Source: Candidatus Obscuribacterales bacterium (GTDB lineage: Bacteria > Cyanobacteriota > Vampirovibrionia > Obscuribacterales > Obscuribacteraceae). From it: DNA of 64,000 nt. Shown piece after piece: positions 38,274 through 48,840 of the stretch. The translations under genes were made by a program, and so were the position numbers. A model generated the notes under the pieces. The model had not been told where the DNA came from. It was given only the letters and a program-made list of their open reading frames with translations, and did no database searches. Positions within the stretch are counted from its first letter, which is position 1, and every line of letters begins with the position of its first letter. Where the stretch lies: NCBI GenBank assembly GCA_965228855.1, contig CBDDIJ010000003.1, positions 1,056,001 through 1,120,000 of the forward strand, given 5' to 3'.

Positions 38274-39605
38274 TTAGTTTACGAAGTTGAGCGGGTTATG
38301 TGGTTTGCCCTCGACCCGAACTTCGAAGTGCAAGTGCGGACCGGTTGCGAAGCCTGTCGCTCCCTCGTATCCGACAATGTCTCCCTTGGAGATGTTTTGT
38401 CCTTTGCTTACCGCAAAACTCGACATGTGTGCATAGAGAGTGGACATGTTGTTACCGTGGCTGACGATCACAACCTTACCGTAACCGCCATACCATCCGG
38501 TGAATAGAACGCAACCGCTATCCGACGCTCGGATAGGTGACCGCATCGGACCAGCAAGGTCGATGCCGGTGTGGAACTTCTTGCGTCTGAAGATAGGGTG
38601 TGTTCTCCAACCGAACGGAGATGTGACTTTTGCGCGCAGGGGCATCGCCATCGCCCCGGTCCCCTTCTGCATCGGCTTGCTCGATGCGTTGTTTTGGGAT
38701 GTTTCCATCGCCAGAATTTGTTTTTCCAGTGACTTCGATTGTATCGCCAGGTCACGTTCCGCTTGTTCGAACAGTGCTCTTTGCGACTTCAGGCGCTCAG
38801 CAACTTCTTCTTGCGAGCCGCGTAGCCGGGCGATTTCCATCGCCCTTTTTGCAATTTCGGACACGATATCGCCGAGTTTATTCTTTTCGGATGCAAGTCT
38901 GTCTTTGTTATTTTGCAGTGCTTGTTTCCGAGCTCTTAGTTGATCGATGAGCGCTTTATCAATTGCTGCTATGCGCTCCTGGTAGTACATACGGTCCAGC
39001 AGATTCTCGAGCGAATCCACCTGGAATGCCATCTCAAGAAAGCTCAGTCGATGACCCTCGTAAATTTCTCTGAGGCGCGAACCAGCGAGTTGTTCGTGAT
39101 TCATTTCGGCTGTTTGCGTTTGCGTTATCACGCTCTCAGTCTTTTGAATCTGATCGACGGTGTTATTGAGCTTCTTCTGCTTGTTCTTAAGCGTACCTTC
39201 CGTCGCGTGCAGTTGGTGCGTAATTACATTCAATTGAGCGTATGCCAGCTTTTCTTTCTGACGTGCGCTTGCAATCCTCGCGTGAATTTCAGCGCGTTTC
39301 TTATCGACGGCTTCGCGCTCGCTCTCAAGATTTGTTTTCAGGCTGGGTGAGTTTGAGGAACTGCCGCCTTTGCCACTTCCGGACACATACCAACGCGTCG
39401 AGACTCTGCCGCCGGCGGTTTTCGTAGTGATCGGTGCGCCCGGCTTCGATGTCGATACATGAGGTTTGGCCGCTCGAGATGAACGGGAAGCCCCACCCCG
39501 CCGACGACGTGCGTCGGCTGGCTGTACGCAGCTGTCGGCAGTCGCAATAGCGACTAACAGAGTTGCGACCGCAACTTTCAAACCTTTGTTGTGCAAGACA
39601 ATCAT
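38274..39605 (-). CDS. Coiled-coil M23 peptidase (EnvC/CwlO-like architecture)
   Basis: Signal peptide, long coiled coil, HTGID and HLHFEV zinc motifs intact. Confidence 0.92.
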   Translation of the reverse strand: MIVLHNKGLKVAVATLLVAIATADSCVQPADARRRRGGASRSSRAAKPHVSTSKPGAPITTKTAGGRVSTRWYVSGSGKGGSSSNSPSLKTNLESEREAVDKKRAEIHARIASARQKEKLAYAQLNVITHQLHATEGTLKNKQKKLNNTVDQIQKTESVITQTQTAEMNHEQLAGSRLREIYEGHRLSFLEMAFQVDSLENLLDRMYYQERIAAIDKALIDQLRARKQALQNNKDRLASEKNKLGDIVSEIAKRAMEIARLRGSQEEVAERLKSQRALFEQAERDLAIQSKSLEKQILAMETSQNNASSKPMQKGTGAMAMPLRAKVTSPFGWRTHPIFRRKKFHTGIDLAGPMRSPIRASDSGCVLFTGWYGGYGKVVIVSHGNNMSTLYAHMSSFAVSKGQNISKGDIVGYEGATGFATGPHLHFEVRVEGKPHNPLNFVN

Positions 39606-40011
39606 GCGGTGGTGTGGGATTCCTTAGGAAGGATTTTCGAGCGAGGTCGAACCTCTTTATCGGATGGGGTCGAGCGCTGCACCTAAATGTCATGAACTCA
39701 ACTTGTCCGTCAGTTTACCATTCAACACCACAATCGAATCTGATTTCTTCTTTACGACCGCCAGTTGTAATGTGTCTAAATTAGCTGCTGTTAAACTGTT
39801 GGCGTCGATGAACCATGCGATCGTCTCCACGCCTGCAGCCATGCGTATATAAACCTTCAATACGCTTAAACAGCGGCTCTATTCAATTAGTTTAAATAAT
39901 TGATGATAAACTTAAGGACTGTTTATCGACACTGGGTTACGTTAAGTCTGACTCATGTCGAGGTCACGCCAAGCTTTCGCGTTGAGGAAACGGCGGGCTT
40001 GCATACATTAG

Positions 40012-41463
40012 GTGGCGAGAATGTTGAAAGAGATCGTGAAATATTCGTTGGATATCAAAGGAATCGATGAGCCCACTTTCAATGAAGTGAAGAGCCCATT
40101 CGATGGAGAAATCGTCGCAGCCGTCGCGCAAGCTGATGAGAAGGCAATCGACATTGCCCTGAGTACGGCGCAGAATGTTTTTGAAAATGAAATGAGTAAG
40201 ATGCCCGCGTGGAAACGCAGTGAAATTCTTGCAAAAGCTTCGGAGTTGATTAAGGAGCGTCAGGAAGAAATTGCTCAGATTATCGCCAGAGAAGGTGGAA
40301 AGCCTCTCAAAGACGCACGCCTCGAAGTCAATCGCGCCAGCAACACTTTCGCAATCGCGTCACGCGAAGCGATGAATCTAGATGGCGAACAGCTGCCGAT
40401 GGACGTTTCCGCTGGAAACGAAAAGCGAATCGGCATTATCGTCCGAGAGCCTATTGGTGTCGTCGGAGCAGTCACACCATTCAACTTCCCGTTGAACCTT
40501 GTCGCTCACAAAGTTGCACCTGCACTGGCCGGTGGCAACACTGTTGTTCTGAAACCGTCTTCTGCTACGCCGGTTGCATCGTTTAAACTCAAAGAAATTT
40601 TGAAAGACGCGGGTCTGCCGGATGGCGCGTTGATCGTTGTGCCATGCCGTGGCGCGAAGGGAAATGCTTTGATCAAAGATCCGCGCCTGGCGTGTGTCAC
40701 TTTCACAGGTAGTCCGGAAGTGGGCTGGAGACTTCGCGGCGAAGTCGCTCCGGGAACTCGCGTGATTTTAGAACTTGGTGGCAACGCCGGAATCGTCGTT
40801 CACCACGATGCCGACCTCGAAGCTGCTGCGCAAGCTGCTTGCCGCGGTGGATACGCTCACGCCGGTCAGGTTTGTATCTCGGTCCAACGCGTGTACGTTC
40901 AGGAAAAAGCTTACGACCAGTTTCTAAAACTGTTTACCGAGAAGGTAAAAGCGCTCAAGGTTGGAAACCCGCTCGACGAGCAGACCGATGTCGGACCGCT
41001 AATTGATGAAGGTTCCGCCAAACAGACCGTCGAGTGGGTTGAAACCGCCGTCAAGGAAGGCGCTAAGCTCGTATCCGGCGGCAAAGCGCTTAAGAACAAC
41101 TGCGTCGAGCCAGCCATTTTGGTCGATACCAAACCAGAAATGAAGGTTGTGTGCCAGGAAGTCTTCGGTCCGGTCGTTTCAGTCATGAAGTATGACACCA
41201 TAGATAATGCCATTAAGGCGATGAATGCCGGCCGATTCGGCTTGCAGGCCGGTGTCTTCACGCAGGACATCAACGTGGCTTTCAAGGCTGCTCGTGGTAT
41301 CGATGTTGGTGGCGTGATGGTGAACGATGCACCGATGTTCCGCGCTGACCATATGCCCTATGGTGGTCGCAAAGAATCCGGTCTGGGCCTCGAGGGCGTT
41401 AAATACGCCTTGCAAGAGATGACTCAGCCGAAATTCATCTGCCTCAATCTGAAAGACCAGTAA
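40012..41463 (+). CDS. Aldehyde dehydrogenase family protein
   Basis: PFNFP, LKPS, FTGS, LELGGN, GQVCIS, EVFGP, PYGGRKESG. Confidence 0.96.
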   Translation: MARMLKEIVKYSLDIKGIDEPTFNEVKSPFDGEIVAAVAQADEKAIDIALSTAQNVFENEMSKMPAWKRSEILAKASELIKERQEEIAQIIAREGGKPLKDARLEVNRASNTFAIASREAMNLDGEQLPMDVSAGNEKRIGIIVREPIGVVGAVTPFNFPLNLVAHKVAPALAGGNTVVLKPSSATPVASFKLKEILKDAGLPDGALIVVPCRGAKGNALIKDPRLACVTFTGSPEVGWRLRGEVAPGTRVILELGGNAGIVVHHDADLEAAAQAACRGGYAHAGQVCISVQRVYVQEKAYDQFLKLFTEKVKALKVGNPLDEQTDVGPLIDEGSAKQTVEWVETAVKEGAKLVSGGKALKNNCVEPAILVDTKPEMKVVCQEVFGPVVSVMKYDTIDNAIKAMNAGRFGLQAGVFTQDINVAFKAARGIDVGGVMVNDAPMFRADHMPYGGRKESGLGLEGVKYALQEMTQPKFICLNLKDQ

Positions 41464-41470
41464 ATCGAAG

Positions 41471-41524
41471 TGGAACGGTTTCATTCGGCTTTATTCGTTA
41501 TAGGCTCGAATCGAAACCGTTCCA
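41471..41524. other. Long intergenic hairpin (terminator, stabiliser or processing site)
   Basis: TGGAACGGTTTC / GAAACCGTTCCA perfect 12 bp plus ATTCG/CGAAT; no clear U-tract. Confidence 0.65.
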
Positions 41525-41561
41525 GTTCTCAGGTCAGGCATCACATTAGAAGCGCGGTTTC

Positions 41562-42290
41562 ATGTCAAAAACAAAATACGATGTAATCAATAAGCTCAAA
41601 GGAGTTTTGATTGTCTCGTGTCAGGCTGATCGTGGTGAGCCGTTATGCAAACCTGAAATAATCGCTGCGCTCTCGCTGTCAGTCCTGAGCGGTGGGGCTT
41701 CAGCCTTGCGTCTAGAAGGGGTTGAGAACGTTTGCGCAGTGCGTGCAGTCACCGACGTTCCCATCATCGGACTTACGAAGCTTCATGATATTTCGTACGA
41801 GGAGCGCATGAACTGCGCTTTTATAACTTCGACCTTCGAGGAGGCTCATGCACTTTCCGATGCAGGAGCGGACATAATTGCCATCGACGCGACCGGAAGA
41901 CCTAGACGCGACGGGCTGTCTGTCGCTGAAACCGTGCGCCGTATTCACGAGGAACTGGGAAAACCGGTTATGGCGGATCTGGCTACATACGAAGAGGCTA
42001 AGGCGGCCGTTGAAGCCGGAGCCGACATCCTGTCGACTACATTGTTCGGATACACAAAAGAGACTCTAGCCGGTGACGAAGTGGGACCTGGCTTCGAGAT
42101 GTTGAAAAAAATCGTTGATGCTAAGCTGGATGCGCCAGTCATAATGGAAGGTCGCGTTTGGAGTACCGACGAGGCCGCAAGAGCTTTCGAACTGGGCGCC
42201 TGGGCGGTTGTTGTCGGTTCAGCAATTACGCGTCCTCATCACATAACACGAAGATTCGTCCGAGCCATTGAATCGAGAATTCAGAAATGA
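41562..42290 (+). CDS. nanE: N-acetylmannosamine-6-phosphate 2-epimerase
   Basis: LIVSCQA, PIIGLTK, IIAIDAT.RPR, STTLFGYT, VVVGSAITRP. Confidence 0.92.
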   Translation: MSKTKYDVINKLKGVLIVSCQADRGEPLCKPEIIAALSLSVLSGGASALRLEGVENVCAVRAVTDVPIIGLTKLHDISYEERMNCAFITSTFEEAHALSDAGADIIAIDATGRPRRDGLSVAETVRRIHEELGKPVMADLATYEEAKAAVEAGADILSTTLFGYTKETLAGDEVGPGFEMLKKIVDAKLDAPVIMEGRVWSTDEAARAFELGAWAVVVGSAITRPHHITRRFVRAIESRIQK

Positions 42291-43963
42291 CTTCGCAATT
42301 CACGATGTGGCTCTATCCTCTCTTGATACTTTCTGTGGTATCACTGTTCATTCGCATTCGATTGCCGCTTCCCTGGTCATGGGGCTTCATAATCCAGTCG
42401 CTGCCATTGATTCTGTGTGCGGTCCTCGGTCTGACGGTAGGACCTGATTGGATGTACGCAATTATTGGCTGGGCATTGGTTTTTATTTTCTACGTCCCTC
42501 CCAAAGTTTTCTACACTGATCTGCAGCGATACCTGACTGCGCTGGATGCTGATGGATTGCGACGATCTGGTAGAAACATCAAACTGTTGTTCTGGGGTTT
42601 GCCGGGCGACTTCTGGAGTGACATGACCTTTTCTCTTGCTTATTTTGTCGAGAAGAATGCGGATGGGGCGGAAGCACTTCTTTCTAAATGGCAGGACAGA
42701 AAAGGTTTACCGAAATCCGTTGCCGGAATTCCAAACAGCTATCGCTTAATCGGTCGCGGAATCATGTGGCAATGGGAGGATATTATCGAGGCTTACGAGC
42801 GTATACGTGCCGAGGGCGGAGCGCCTGGTGCACTGTTGCCTGCTGCGGCGCGCGCTTACTCCGAAACCGGCCGGTTTCAGCACGCCGTAGCCTGTTTCAG
42901 CGAAGCGAAGTTGGTAGATCAAAATTTAGCTCTCAATAACCTGGCTTTGCAACTGTTGCCGTTTTTCTCACTAGTTGGTGCAACCCATCAAACGAACGCA
43001 TTGGTATCAATTCTTTCGCATAATAAGAACGATTTCCCTGAACATACACAGCTATATTGGCTTGGGCGCTGCAATCTGGCTAATGGAGATTTTGCACAAG
43101 CCAGCGAACTGCTCTTAAAAGCCAGGGCAAGTTCTCAATCGAAACTTTTCCAGGACCGTATCGATACCCAATTGGCGTTGGTGAATGCAAATGAGATATC
43201 GCCCCCATGCGATCTGTCTGCCGAGGAGAAAAATTCTCTAGTAAGCGGGCTCTGGAAGGGGTTCTCTCGTGCGGCGTTCGTCCAGGAAATAGTCTCGCCA
43301 CGCAGAAAATCTATTACTGTAATTGCGCTTTGCGTGATACTCATCGCGCTCTTTGCCGTAACAGACATGTGGCATGTCGCTGCACTTTTTGATCCGAGGA
43401 AACTTACCGAGTTTGCGACTCTTACGGATAGCGTGACCAACACGATCATGAACACTTGCGCGCTGGATCCTGCCAAAGCCCTTAGCGGACAGTATTGGCG
43501 CTTCTTTACCTATCTTTTCTTGCATGCGAATGAAACCCATATTGTTCTTAACATCATTGGCTTATATTGGTTTGGTCGAGTTGCGGAAAATATTTTCGGC
43601 ACCACTCGTTTTCTCGCCATTTATCTCGTTGGCGGCTTGCTGAGCGGCGTTGTCCACGCACTCTTGTCTCCAGACCAGATCGCCGTCGGAGCTTCCGGAG
43701 CGATAATGGCGATGTTTGGTGCCGTTGGCGCGGGAATCTACAGGCTCAAAGATAAAATCCCTGAGCCGATTCGCAAATTTCAGCTCTCTTGGCTTGGGGG
43801 GCTTGCTCTGGCTCAAGTGGTGCTTGACCAACTGATACCACATGTGGCTGCATTCGCACATCTAGGCGGTATGGTGAGCGGTTTCGCTATCGGTATGCTG
43901 CTGTCGATTCGCACGCCTTCATTGACAGAGGTGGACGGTACCCAGAAGTTTATCGGCGGTTGA
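42287..43963 (+). CDS. Rhomboid intramembrane protease with N-terminal TM/TPR-like region
   Basis: YWRFFTYLFLH, HIVLN, VGASGA (Ser), AHLGG (His); ATGA overlap with nanE. Confidence 0.92.
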   Translation: MTSQFTMWLYPLLILSVVSLFIRIRLPLPWSWGFIIQSLPLILCAVLGLTVGPDWMYAIIGWALVFIFYVPPKVFYTDLQRYLTALDADGLRRSGRNIKLLFWGLPGDFWSDMTFSLAYFVEKNADGAEALLSKWQDRKGLPKSVAGIPNSYRLIGRGIMWQWEDIIEAYERIRAEGGAPGALLPAAARAYSETGRFQHAVACFSEAKLVDQNLALNNLALQLLPFFSLVGATHQTNALVSILSHNKNDFPEHTQLYWLGRCNLANGDFAQASELLLKARASSQSKLFQDRIDTQLALVNANEISPPCDLSAEEKNSLVSGLWKGFSRAAFVQEIVSPRRKSITVIALCVILIALFAVTDMWHVAALFDPRKLTEFATLTDSVTNTIMNTCALDPAKALSGQYWRFFTYLFLHANETHIVLNIIGLYWFGRVAENIFGTTRFLAIYLVGGLLSGVVHALLSPDQIAVGASGAIMAMFGAVGAGIYRLKDKIPEPIRKFQLSWLGGLALAQVVLDQLIPHVAAFAHLGGMVSGFAIGMLLSIRTPSLTEVDGTQKFIGG

Positions 43964-44124
43964 ATTTGCCGGAATAACTGCACCCGCGACGGAACAGCAA
44001 ATTCTGGTATTGTCGACCGGACTTCGATTTGCAGGCAGTTCATGTCACTTAGAACAGGGATTGTCAAATCGGCTAGGATGGTAGAGTATTAATCGTCGAT
44101 CTTACTACTCAGGATGTTGCGCCC

Positions 44125-44727
44125 ATGCATGATTGTCCTACCTGCAGAGTCCCTCTCCACGGACACGAAGAAGTCTGTCCATCTTGCGGCACACGCCAGC
44201 GGGTAAGCAAGTCCTATAGCGGATTGCTGAAAGGACAACCTAAGAAGCCTCCTGTAAATATGTTGCCGTTCGTGGTCGCTTTTTTTGCTCTGGGTGTCGG
44301 CGGTTTCGTCCTTATGAAAAGCAGCTGGATCGGTAAGCTTATGGCCCGTGGTCCGGTCCAAGTCGACCCGATGGACAAGCTTTCCTGGTTAGAAGCTCGT
44401 CAGATGTTGTATTCAAAAATTGATGAAGGTCTGAAGTCGGTAGGTTCTACCGGCGAATACACATGGACCTCAGGTGGTAATCCCGCGGACATTAACGCAC
44501 CCGGACCAGTAGAATTGAATGTCAAAACGGAGTTAGCCGACCCAAATTCGCGGCGGCAGATAATGGATCCCGCCAAAGAGTTTATGTACAAGGCCCAAGT
44601 GCCTAGCGTGGTCATGAATGACACGAAGACGAACGCTACCTGGACATACAGTGTCCAGGCTCCGGCGGTCGCTCCAGCTGGTGGAGCAGCCAGTGGCGGC
44701 GGCGAAGAAGCACCTCCCGAAGAGTAG
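44125..44727 (+). CDS. Zinc-ribbon membrane-anchored hypothetical protein
   Basis: CPTC..CPSC, then a single TM helix. Confidence 0.7.
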   Translation: MHDCPTCRVPLHGHEEVCPSCGTRQRVSKSYSGLLKGQPKKPPVNMLPFVVAFFALGVGGFVLMKSSWIGKLMARGPVQVDPMDKLSWLEARQMLYSKIDEGLKSVGSTGEYTWTSGGNPADINAPGPVELNVKTELADPNSRRQIMDPAKEFMYKAQVPSVVMNDTKTNATWTYSVQAPAVAPAGGAASGGGEEAPPEE

Positions 44728-44832
44728 TTGCTGTAACAATCCGCGATTCGAAGGTCAACTGTTTCGGAGCGCAGGAGTATGATTGTGAGTAGGTCTATCC
44801 GGTGTTCCAATTGGGCACTGTGGGAGGGGTCT

Positions 44833-45468
44833 ATGACGCAAAGTAAGCTGACCAAAATTGGAACCGCGGGTGGTGTAACTATCGTTGCTTTTGTCACCGT
44901 GGTGGCGTTCTCCACCTATGGCTGGTTGAAGGCGTCAGAACATTCCGAGATTTTGAAAGCGCATGCGGCTACTCCTGCCGATGATGATTCTGTTCGCTCG
45001 ATTGCTTACGATGCCCCTGCCGAGGCGGTCGAGGAGTCGCCAACCAGTAGCGCAGCAGAAACAGTAGAGTCTGGCGCTTCGGAAAAAAGTTCAGAAACTG
45101 CTGTTCCCTTCCAAACCGTTGCGAAGGGCACCAAGAGCGGTATCAAAACCGGTGAACGCATGTGTGTGACGGAAGAGGGAGAGTGGCTCGGTCTATGGCG
45201 GCGTCACTTAACGGGTAGTCTCCAGACGGAACCCTGTCCATCGGTAGATTTTGAACATAATATGCTTCTTGCTGTTTTTCAAGGTGAAGGTGACACTGAT
45301 TCTGGATTTGTCGAGATCGAGAAGGTGAAACAACTCCCGGACAAGATACTCGTCGTTCTCAAACGAAGCGATGCGAAGGCACCGACCAGCGAAGGTGAAC
45401 GTGCCACCACAACCTCGTTCCACATCGCGAAGACAGCGAAAATCAATCTGCCGGTAGTGTTTCAATAG
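44833..45468 (+). CDS. PrcB-C-terminal-domain-like exported protein
   Basis: N-terminal anchor; EWLGLW..PSVDFEHNMLLAVFQGE..SGFVEI..TSFHI. ATG 44833 follows GGGAGGGG. Confidence 0.65.
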   Translation: MTQSKLTKIGTAGGVTIVAFVTVVAFSTYGWLKASEHSEILKAHAATPADDDSVRSIAYDAPAEAVEESPTSSAAETVESGASEKSSETAVPFQTVAKGTKSGIKTGERMCVTEEGEWLGLWRRHLTGSLQTEPCPSVDFEHNMLLAVFQGEGDTDSGFVEIEKVKQLPDKILVVLKRSDAKAPTSEGERATTTSFHIAKTAKINLPVVFQ

Positions 45469-45516
45469 TTAGCGGCGGCTTGTTGGTTGAACGTTTTAAT
45501 CGTTTCTCATCGGTTC

Positions 45517-47025
45517 TCAACGTGAATAAAGCAGCCGAACGCTCAGTGGCTGAGAGCTTTCACGCATGGCGCCCGTAAGAGTTTCAGAATACCTTTCACT
45601 GTTGCACGATAATTTATTGGCTCGCTGACGGTCACCGATGCCGGTGATCTGGAGTTTAAATGGTTTGTCCTGGGAGTTTCGAATTGCTTCGAATTTGAAG
45701 CTGATAACCCCGTCGTGGAAGTTTATGGCTGACGAAGCGATTCCACGTAAGATTTGACCGGTTGGCGATTGAATTTCCAGATGTAGTTTGTTTTGCAATG
45801 CGCTCGAACCATCTGAATCTATAAGGTAGAGCGGTTCGAGATTGTCATCACTGTGTCTAGTCGGGAGTTCATGAAATTCAACTCCACAGAGGTAGTCGCT
45901 TTCGGCGATGACGTTTAAACTAATCGTGGCTGAAGCCCTCGCGTTTGCCAGCCAAAAGGATGGGGCATCAACTAACAAAGATTGAATGTCTTCCAGCCAC
46001 TGCGTTTCAATCAATTCTTGTCGATAGTTCTGAAACACTTTCTTGTGTGCATTGTGTCGAATCGACTCCTGCAGATCCTTATCAAAAGCCAGTCTTTGTA
46101 ATGCATTGAGCCAACCTTGCTTTGTGTTTTCAACCAGCAGTCCGTCTCTGTCATGTTCTACAGAGGAGGCATAAGCATCAACGTTTGAATAAATTCCTGC
46201 AATTCCGCACGCACCATAGTCCCGAAACTTTGTATTGTTTTTCGAACGGTTGAACTCGTTATCTTCAAGTGGTGCCAAACCGATGTTGAATCCACTGCGC
46301 GAAAATTCTCGAAGGAATTGATCGTAACGAGGCAGAAGTTTCCTGTGCGTTACTCCAGGCAGTGTAAGCAATTCCGAAGGTCGACATCCCCAGACGGTCA
46401 TCTCTGCCTTGTCCTGGTGCTGGTTTAAAAACTCGGACAGAGCAGGCAGAAACACCTTGTACTGATCGTCCACAGTTCGGCTGGTGGCGTATACAATACC
46501 AATTTTTGTTTTGTTAGGATTAAGAGCTTTAAGGTCTGGAACCTGGTTGAAGTCAAATGAGGAATTGTATACGCGGACATTACTGTTGAAGTGAGATACT
46601 TTCGTTTTAAGTAAGGGGCTGTAAACACGGACCAGCGAAGCATGTTGCAGATAGCTCTCTAATTGATTCAATCGAGATGGTTGTGTGTGATAACGCGCGA
46701 GGTCCGGATCGGTTGCCGACGGAATGTCCCAGAAGCTGTCATCGATATCGTAAATTATCGGTTTGCGCCGTCCTAGTGCCTCGTTCAATAAGTGACGAAA
46801 ACCTGGTTCGGTATTCCTGCAGTACACAATCAAATCTGCCCATTCAATCGCTGCTGAGGTGGTCGATTGCTCGGTTTGATGTTTAAACGCGATTTGCCCG
46901 GAGCTTGCCAGAGCGCTGAGCGGTTTGACCACATTAATCTGACAGCTAGCGATGTAAGACGGAATAATCGCCACTACCCGCGGTGTGCGTCTGCTCTGGA
47001 GCACATCCGTAAGGTGACGAAGCAC
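45517..47025 (-). CDS. GT-B fold glycosyltransferase (GT4-like)
   Basis: IIYDIDD, IGLAPLEDNEFNRSKNNTKFRDY..GIYS, DGLLV. Confidence 0.82.
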   Translation of the reverse strand: MLRHLTDVLQSRRTPRVVAIIPSYIASCQINVVKPLSALASSGQIAFKHQTEQSTTSAAIEWADLIVYCRNTEPGFRHLLNEALGRRKPIIYDIDDSFWDIPSATDPDLARYHTQPSRLNQLESYLQHASLVRVYSPLLKTKVSHFNSNVRVYNSSFDFNQVPDLKALNPNKTKIGIVYATSRTVDDQYKVFLPALSEFLNQHQDKAEMTVWGCRPSELLTLPGVTHRKLLPRYDQFLREFSRSGFNIGLAPLEDNEFNRSKNNTKFRDYGACGIAGIYSNVDAYASSVEHDRDGLLVENTKQGWLNALQRLAFDKDLQESIRHNAHKKVFQNYRQELIETQWLEDIQSLLVDAPSFWLANARASATISLNVIAESDYLCGVEFHELPTRHSDDNLEPLYLIDSDGSSALQNKLHLEIQSPTGQILRGIASSAINFHDGVISFKFEAIRNSQDKPFKLQITGIGDRQRANKLSCNSERYSETLTGAMRESSQPLSVRLLYSR

Positions 47026-47031
47026 GCGTAC

Positions 47032-48585
47032 CTACCTTGCCGTTCCGACGGGCTCGCGGACTTCGGTAGCGGTTGCTAACCGTTGCTTGCTGTGGTCGAC
47101 GGCGTCTTTCAGAAGCGAGGGCAACGTTGGAAGAGGTTTTGCAACCACAATGATTTGATACGCGAACATAGTTCTTCTCAGCTTGATCAAGCTATTGTTC
47201 AAGTTAAGCAGAAAGTTCGCAAACTTCTCGTTTCTGATTACGAGAGGGTATGGCGCTGGAATACCTTCGACTTTTTCGACTTCGAAGCCGCTTTCAGCTA
47301 CTACGCGTTCCAAACTTTCAAATGTGAACAGGCGCGTGTGGCGCAGGTCCAGGATGCCTTTCTTTGAATAGTTGAACTGACCGAATAGATGCATTGAGCG
47401 CGTGATAAAAAATCCGACGTTCGCGCTGCTGACGATGAGCTTGGCTCGCTGATTGAATTTGCACGCTTCCATGAGTCGCTCCAGGAAAGCCTCCGGTGAA
47501 TGTGCTTGTTCTACAACATCCAGCATCAGAATATAGTCGTGCTCTGAAACGTCGATAGGCAGTTGCGAGTCGCTGTTCGGATCGTGCTGAAAGTATTCGA
47601 CGCTAGAACTGGCATTGCGAATTGGCGACTGCCGGTCAAGTACAGTGACGCGACACCCCTTTTTCTCAAGATGCGGTATCAGGTCAATTGCGGAATCGCC
47701 GCCGAACGTGAGCACTCTGGAGTTGGGAGAAACAAGTTCCAACGCCTTTGTTTGAGAACTTTCAAACGTCAATTTGGGGCGATGGCGCCAGGAATCAGTC
47801 TCGGCCGGCTGCACATCGAAGTTCCTTCTATACATCAAACAATAGGTTTGCAGACGCGCGGTGGCGCTTGCTTTCACGACATCCCAGGCATACTTGAGAC
47901 CGTTGACATGACACTTCTCATCGCCATAGTACGTGGGAATTGGCAGCTCTTTGATCTTCAGTCCGGCTACGATAAATTGAATGATGATTTCCGTGTCGAA
48001 GTGAAAGTCGTTGGTGTTTAGGTGGAACGGCAGCTTGGCCAGAGCTTTGGTGCTGTAGATTCGATAGCCGGTGTGGAATTCGCTGAGACTGCTTCCAAGG
48101 ACCTGGTTTTGAAACGCCGTCAAAATTCGGTTACCCACGTACTTGTACATGGGCATGCCGCCTTCAAGTGCGCCCGTGAGTGTCATCATCCGGGAACCGA
48201 AAACTGCGTCCGCCTCGCCGTTGACGAGCGGCATCAGAAGCTCTGGTAGACGTTCCGGCGCATATTGCCCGTCGCCGTGGACCAGGGCCACAAAGTCAAA
48301 ACCGCGTTCGATCGCATAGTGATAACCAATCTTCTGATTGCCACCATACATTTGGTTGACTGGGTTTCTCAGGACCGTGATTGGATAAGGAATTTCGCCC
48401 TTCATGCGTGCAGCTTCGGCGGCTTCAAAAGTCGAGTCTTTCGACGCATCGTCGATGATCAAGATCTCTGTGTCGTACTGCTGAAGCGAGTCCGGAATGC
48501 GCTTTAGAACTTTCTCGATCGTTTTCTCCGCGTTGTACGCGACGATGAAAATGAGTACACGGGCTTTGGCTGTAATGTCTGCCAT
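47032..48585 (-). CDS. GT2 (Dpm1-like) glycosyltransferase fused to a SAM-methyltransferase-like domain
   Basis: AYN, IIDDASKD, HGDGQY, FHFDTEI; C-terminal LDVVEQ and GILDLRHTRLFT. Confidence 0.88.
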   Translation of the reverse strand: MADITAKARVLIFIVAYNAEKTIEKVLKRIPDSLQQYDTEILIIDDASKDSTFEAAEAARMKGEIPYPITVLRNPVNQMYGGNQKIGYHYAIERGFDFVALVHGDGQYAPERLPELLMPLVNGEADAVFGSRMMTLTGALEGGMPMYKYVGNRILTAFQNQVLGSSLSEFHTGYRIYSTKALAKLPFHLNTNDFHFDTEIIIQFIVAGLKIKELPIPTYYGDEKCHVNGLKYAWDVVKASATARLQTYCLMYRRNFDVQPAETDSWRHRPKLTFESSQTKALELVSPNSRVLTFGGDSAIDLIPHLEKKGCRVTVLDRQSPIRNASSSVEYFQHDPNSDSQLPIDVSEHDYILMLDVVEQAHSPEAFLERLMEACKFNQRAKLIVSSANVGFFITRSMHLFGQFNYSKKGILDLRHTRLFTFESLERVVAESGFEVEKVEGIPAPYPLVIRNEKFANFLLNLNNSLIKLRRTMFAYQIIVVAKPLPTLPSLLKDAVDHSKQRLATATEVREPVGTAR

Positions 48586-48840
48586 GACAAACCTAATATA
48601 TGGGCTTCTACAAGCCGCAAATTTACCAAGGTAATGTAAAGGGGTCAAGATAAACCGTCTCACCTCGACAGTGAAGTTCCTCGTCCTGTGGTGATTTTGG
48701 GGCTTCTGAGCTATACACTGCGTATAGAAAAGTCTCGTTTCGGTTAAATATCCATAAGCTGGAGCGATTCAATCGGGTTAGCGTTGAAGAGGGGAAAGTA
48801 CTGACCTATCCTTCAGAGGTCGACTGGCTGTTTTTTCTCG

